Below are positions 61,532 through 64,000 of a stretch of 64,000 bases of DNA, piece by piece (the first letter of the stretch is position 1; the number at the start of each line of letters is the position of its first letter). Under the pieces are notes generated by a model. The model made no database searches, was not told the origin of the DNA, and saw only the letters and a program-made list of their open reading frames with translations. The DNA lies in NCBI GenBank assembly GCA_000432595.1, contig HF996867.1, forward strand, positions 72,522 through 136,521, written 5' to 3'. This DNA comes from Clostridium sp. CAG:710 (GTDB taxonomy: Bacteria > Bacillota_I > Bacilli_A > RF39 > UBA660). A program made the translations under genes and the position numbers.

Positions 61532-62142
61532 AGATGAAATTAACAAGTAAAGAAGCAAGAACATTATTAGAAACAGAAAGAAAAAACACAACAGATGATA
61601 GATGGATAGAACACTGTATATCTGTAGGTGATAGTGCTTTTAGAATTGCTAAAGCATTATGTGAAAAAGGAATAAATGTAGATATAGACAAAGCAACTAC
61701 TCTAGGATATTTACATGATATTGGTAAGTATAATGGTGAGTCACATGGACATGTTATGAGGGGATATGAATACTTAAAAAACAAAGGATATGATGATGAA
61801 TATGCAAATATATGCTTAACTCATTCATACTTAAATAATGATATAGTGTGTACTGCCGGAGGAGTTCCAAATCCAAATGATAATCCTTTTTTAACAAATT
61901 TTATAAAAAATCATGAATATACTATAGAGGAAAAGATAATAAATTTATGTGATTTGATGTGTCCACAAGGAAATAAAGTATTTACAATTGATAAAAGGTT
62001 AATCGATATAATGATTAGAAGAGGTGTGTATTCTAACACCCAGTATCATATTAAAGAAACATATAAATTAAAAGAATATTTTGATAATTTATTAGGATAT
62101 AATTTGTATGACTTGTTTCCAGAAGTAAAAGAAAATTTATAA
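61528..62142 (+). CDS. HD/HDIG-domain phosphohydrolase
   Basis: HCISVGDSAFRIA...GYLHDIGK...HGHVMRG...LTHS. The start overlaps the previous stop (ATGA). Confidence 0.75.
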   Translation: MKMKLTSKEARTLLETERKNTTDDRWIEHCISVGDSAFRIAKALCEKGINVDIDKATTLGYLHDIGKYNGESHGHVMRGYEYLKNKGYDDEYANICLTHSYLNNDIVCTAGGVPNPNDNPFLTNFIKNHEYTIEEKIINLCDLMCPQGNKVFTIDKRLIDIMIRRGVYSNTQYHIKETYKLKEYFDNLLGYNLYDLFPEVKENL

Positions 62143-62148
62143 AATGAA

Positions 62149-62281
62149 TTGGGAATTTCCCATGGACGAATTTATACGAGAGTACAAATTCAGTGCTGGC
62201 TAGACATAGATTTAATTCCCATATTCAAAAAAATATGCAAAAAGAGGATTAAATTATTTTGATAATTTTTTCCTCTTTTTT
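62149..62281 (+). repeat. 134-bp repeat, copy 2
   Basis: See copy 1 (1896-2029). Here no tnpV or recombinase follows. Confidence 0.75.
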
Positions 62282-62304
62282 GAAAATCATTTATATAAAA
62301 TAAA

Positions 62305-62350
62305 AACTCACGAACAATTAAGTCCGTAAGTTGATTTCAAATGGAGCGAA
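62305..62350. repeat. Element-end module: hairpin plus CAAATGGAGCGAA motif
   Basis: ACTCACGAAC...GTCCGTAAGT hairpin, then CAAATGGAGCGAA (62338-62350). Near copy of 10675-10724. Confidence 0.65.
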
Positions 62351-62557
62351 TGTCGTAGGTATCTACAACTTTTCACTTCTTAACGATTTGATACATAAAA
62401 TTTTAATCTATAATAAAATTGTACCACAAATTATAAAAAATAGTTTAAAAAACCGATAATATTGCAATAATTGCTTTATATTCAAATGAAAATATGATAG
62501 AATTAAGATAGTTGAGTATCTAAAATGATACTCTTTTCTTTTGGAAAGAAGGTACAT

Positions 62558-63979
62558 ATGAAGAAAAAGCGATTTAGCGAATATAATAACTATAAATATG
62601 ACTTATCTAAAGATACATGGTTTAATCCTGTTGTAGAATGGGATTCTAAACTCTTTATTGATCCTTTATTACTAAAAAGAACTAATATTAAAGAGCTAAA
62701 AAATTGTTATCAAGAGTTAATTAAATTCTTTAAAAATGCTTGTGTTGCATTAAAAACAAAATCAATACCAAAAACATTAGTAGAAAATATGTTAAATTTT
62801 AGAGAGGTTGAAGAAGCACAACTAGGATACTCTTATAATAGCAATAAAGGTAGTGGCTTTTCTGGTTTAACTGCTTTAAAATTTTTTGAAAACTTTTCTA
62901 AATATATAGATTTAAAAATATTTAATTACGATGAACTGGAAGAAATTACTCTATTTGAAGAAAATGTTGATCTTGATAGGATAACTGATATGATATTGTC
63001 TATAACAAAACGCTATTTTATAGCATATAGTTGTAGTATTGCAGAAAAAGAGGGATTTCCTTTAGATAAATTTAATATATTAACTCATTTTAATTTTGAC
63101 GAAATGAGTTGGATATCTGAGATAGTTAAATTACCTTACATAATTAACAATGAGAATAAAAAAGTCCCTGTATTATTGGTTCCACATTCTATCTTAGTTG
63201 GAGAATTACATTATAATTCTGAAAACTTTATTACTTGGTTATGGAATAATGAAACAGACTATGTAAAAGATACATTTGAATATAATATAAAAAAAGAATT
63301 AGAGTCCAACAAAAAGGAAATTATAGAAAAAATTATAGAAAATAACGATACTGACCTTTTTAAAAGGTTTGGTAATGAACCTGTTGAACCATATGATTTA
63401 CAAAAAGATAAAGATATAATTAACAAAGTTTATGATTTTGTTAAAGATATAAAAATATCAAATAAAGATAGCGAAATTTCTGTGCTAGAAATGGCTGATG
63501 ATTTAATAAATGATATCGAACATGCTGTACAAGATGAAAGAGGATGGTCCTTACTATTAAGTGATACAAGTATTAAATTTAGAGCCGAACCAATTATATC
63601 AAAGTTTTCCCACCTAATTATAGAAAGAAAATCTGAGAGTTTGGGATTTAATTTAGATATTTCCCCTGAAACAAATAAAGGTAGAGGTCCTGTTGATTTT
63701 AAACTATCTAGAGGTAGAGAAAAAGTGTTAATTGAAATAAAAACTTCTACACATCCAGATTTAATGACTTGTATAGAAGATCATAAACAATTGCATCAAT
63801 ATATGAAACAAGAAAGTTGCAAAGATGCAATTTTATTAGTTTTTTATAATAAAGAATCTGATTTAGAAAAAATAAATGAACTGCATACTAAAGTAGCAGA
63901 GTCTAATAAAAGAAATAACCATAATATGATGATAAGGACAATAAATTGCATACCTGGTCCGTCAGCTTCTAATTTATAA
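62558..63979 (+). CDS. Hypothetical protein with C-terminal PD-(D/E)xK nuclease-like motif
   Basis: GRGPVDFKLSRGREKVLIEIKTS gives the D ... E-x-K arrangement. The N-terminal 350 aa have no recognised motif. The ATG at 62558 follows GAAGG. Confidence 0.4.
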   Translation: MKKKRFSEYNNYKYDLSKDTWFNPVVEWDSKLFIDPLLLKRTNIKELKNCYQELIKFFKNACVALKTKSIPKTLVENMLNFREVEEAQLGYSYNSNKGSGFSGLTALKFFENFSKYIDLKIFNYDELEEITLFEENVDLDRITDMILSITKRYFIAYSCSIAEKEGFPLDKFNILTHFNFDEMSWISEIVKLPYIINNENKKVPVLLVPHSILVGELHYNSENFITWLWNNETDYVKDTFEYNIKKELESNKKEIIEKIIENNDTDLFKRFGNEPVEPYDLQKDKDIINKVYDFVKDIKISNKDSEISVLEMADDLINDIEHAVQDERGWSLLLSDTSIKFRAEPIISKFSHLIIERKSESLGFNLDISPETNKGRGPVDFKLSRGREKVLIEIKTSTHPDLMTCIEDHKQLHQYMKQESCKDAILLVFYNKESDLEKINELHTKVAESNKRNNHNMMIRTINCIPGPSASNL

Positions 63980-64000
63980 ATATGAAGATATGATTCTAAT

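Larger units (their letters stand above)
59946..62350. mobile_element. Candidate non-autonomous mini-element (ends retained, recombinase deleted)
   Basis: TGGAGCGAA occurs at both borders (59951-59959 and 62342-62350). The interior holds a 2-gene cargo, 134-bp repeat copy 2, about 15 nt resembling the tnpV stop region, and the right-end hairpin. Confidence 0.45.

Overview
Very A+T-rich (by eye, not computed) chromosomal segment from a low-GC Bacillota organism. spoVS, a T-box-controlled type-2 ileS and a short ClpB lacking the N-domain suggest a Clostridia/Erysipelotrichia-like lineage; this assignment is low confidence. The core (about 17.9-52.6 kb) is ordinary housekeeping: two tRNAs, typA, trmL, spoVS, three pilin-like genes, nfo, a PBP, rpmG, efp, ileS, clpB, thermonuclease and a P-type ATPase. 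Both flanks are accessory DNA. The left flank (about 1-17.9 kb) ends on the 3' end of tRNA-Gly and holds stacked Tn4451-like elements. One looks intact (TnpX-like large serine recombinase, TnpV, Mob relaxase) and carries an AbiL-like ATPase/RloB pair. An older copy has a frameshifted recombinase, an Abi_C gene, a second unrelated serine recombinase and a PnuC/nicotinamidase-like/kinase operon. The right flank (about 52.7-64 kb) has no recombinase but reuses the same end sequences. The most striking signal is a short motif, CAAATGGAGCGA, whose complement equals the tRNA-Gly acceptor 3' end. It is preceded by a hairpin and recurs at 10.7, 52.7, 59.9 and 62.3 kb, cutting the accessory DNA into cassettes. 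One cassette (59.9-62.35 kb) looks like a recombinase-less mini-element. Its only cargo is a deoxynucleotidase-nucleoside hydrolase fusion plus an HD phosphohydrolase, my best candidate for an undescribed nucleotide-depletion type system. Other cargo includes an orphan thymidine-hypermodification-like enzyme, Fic, a MerR regulator, an HExxH protein and a PD-(D/E)xK protein. All functional calls rest on motifs read from the translations; no database search was possible.
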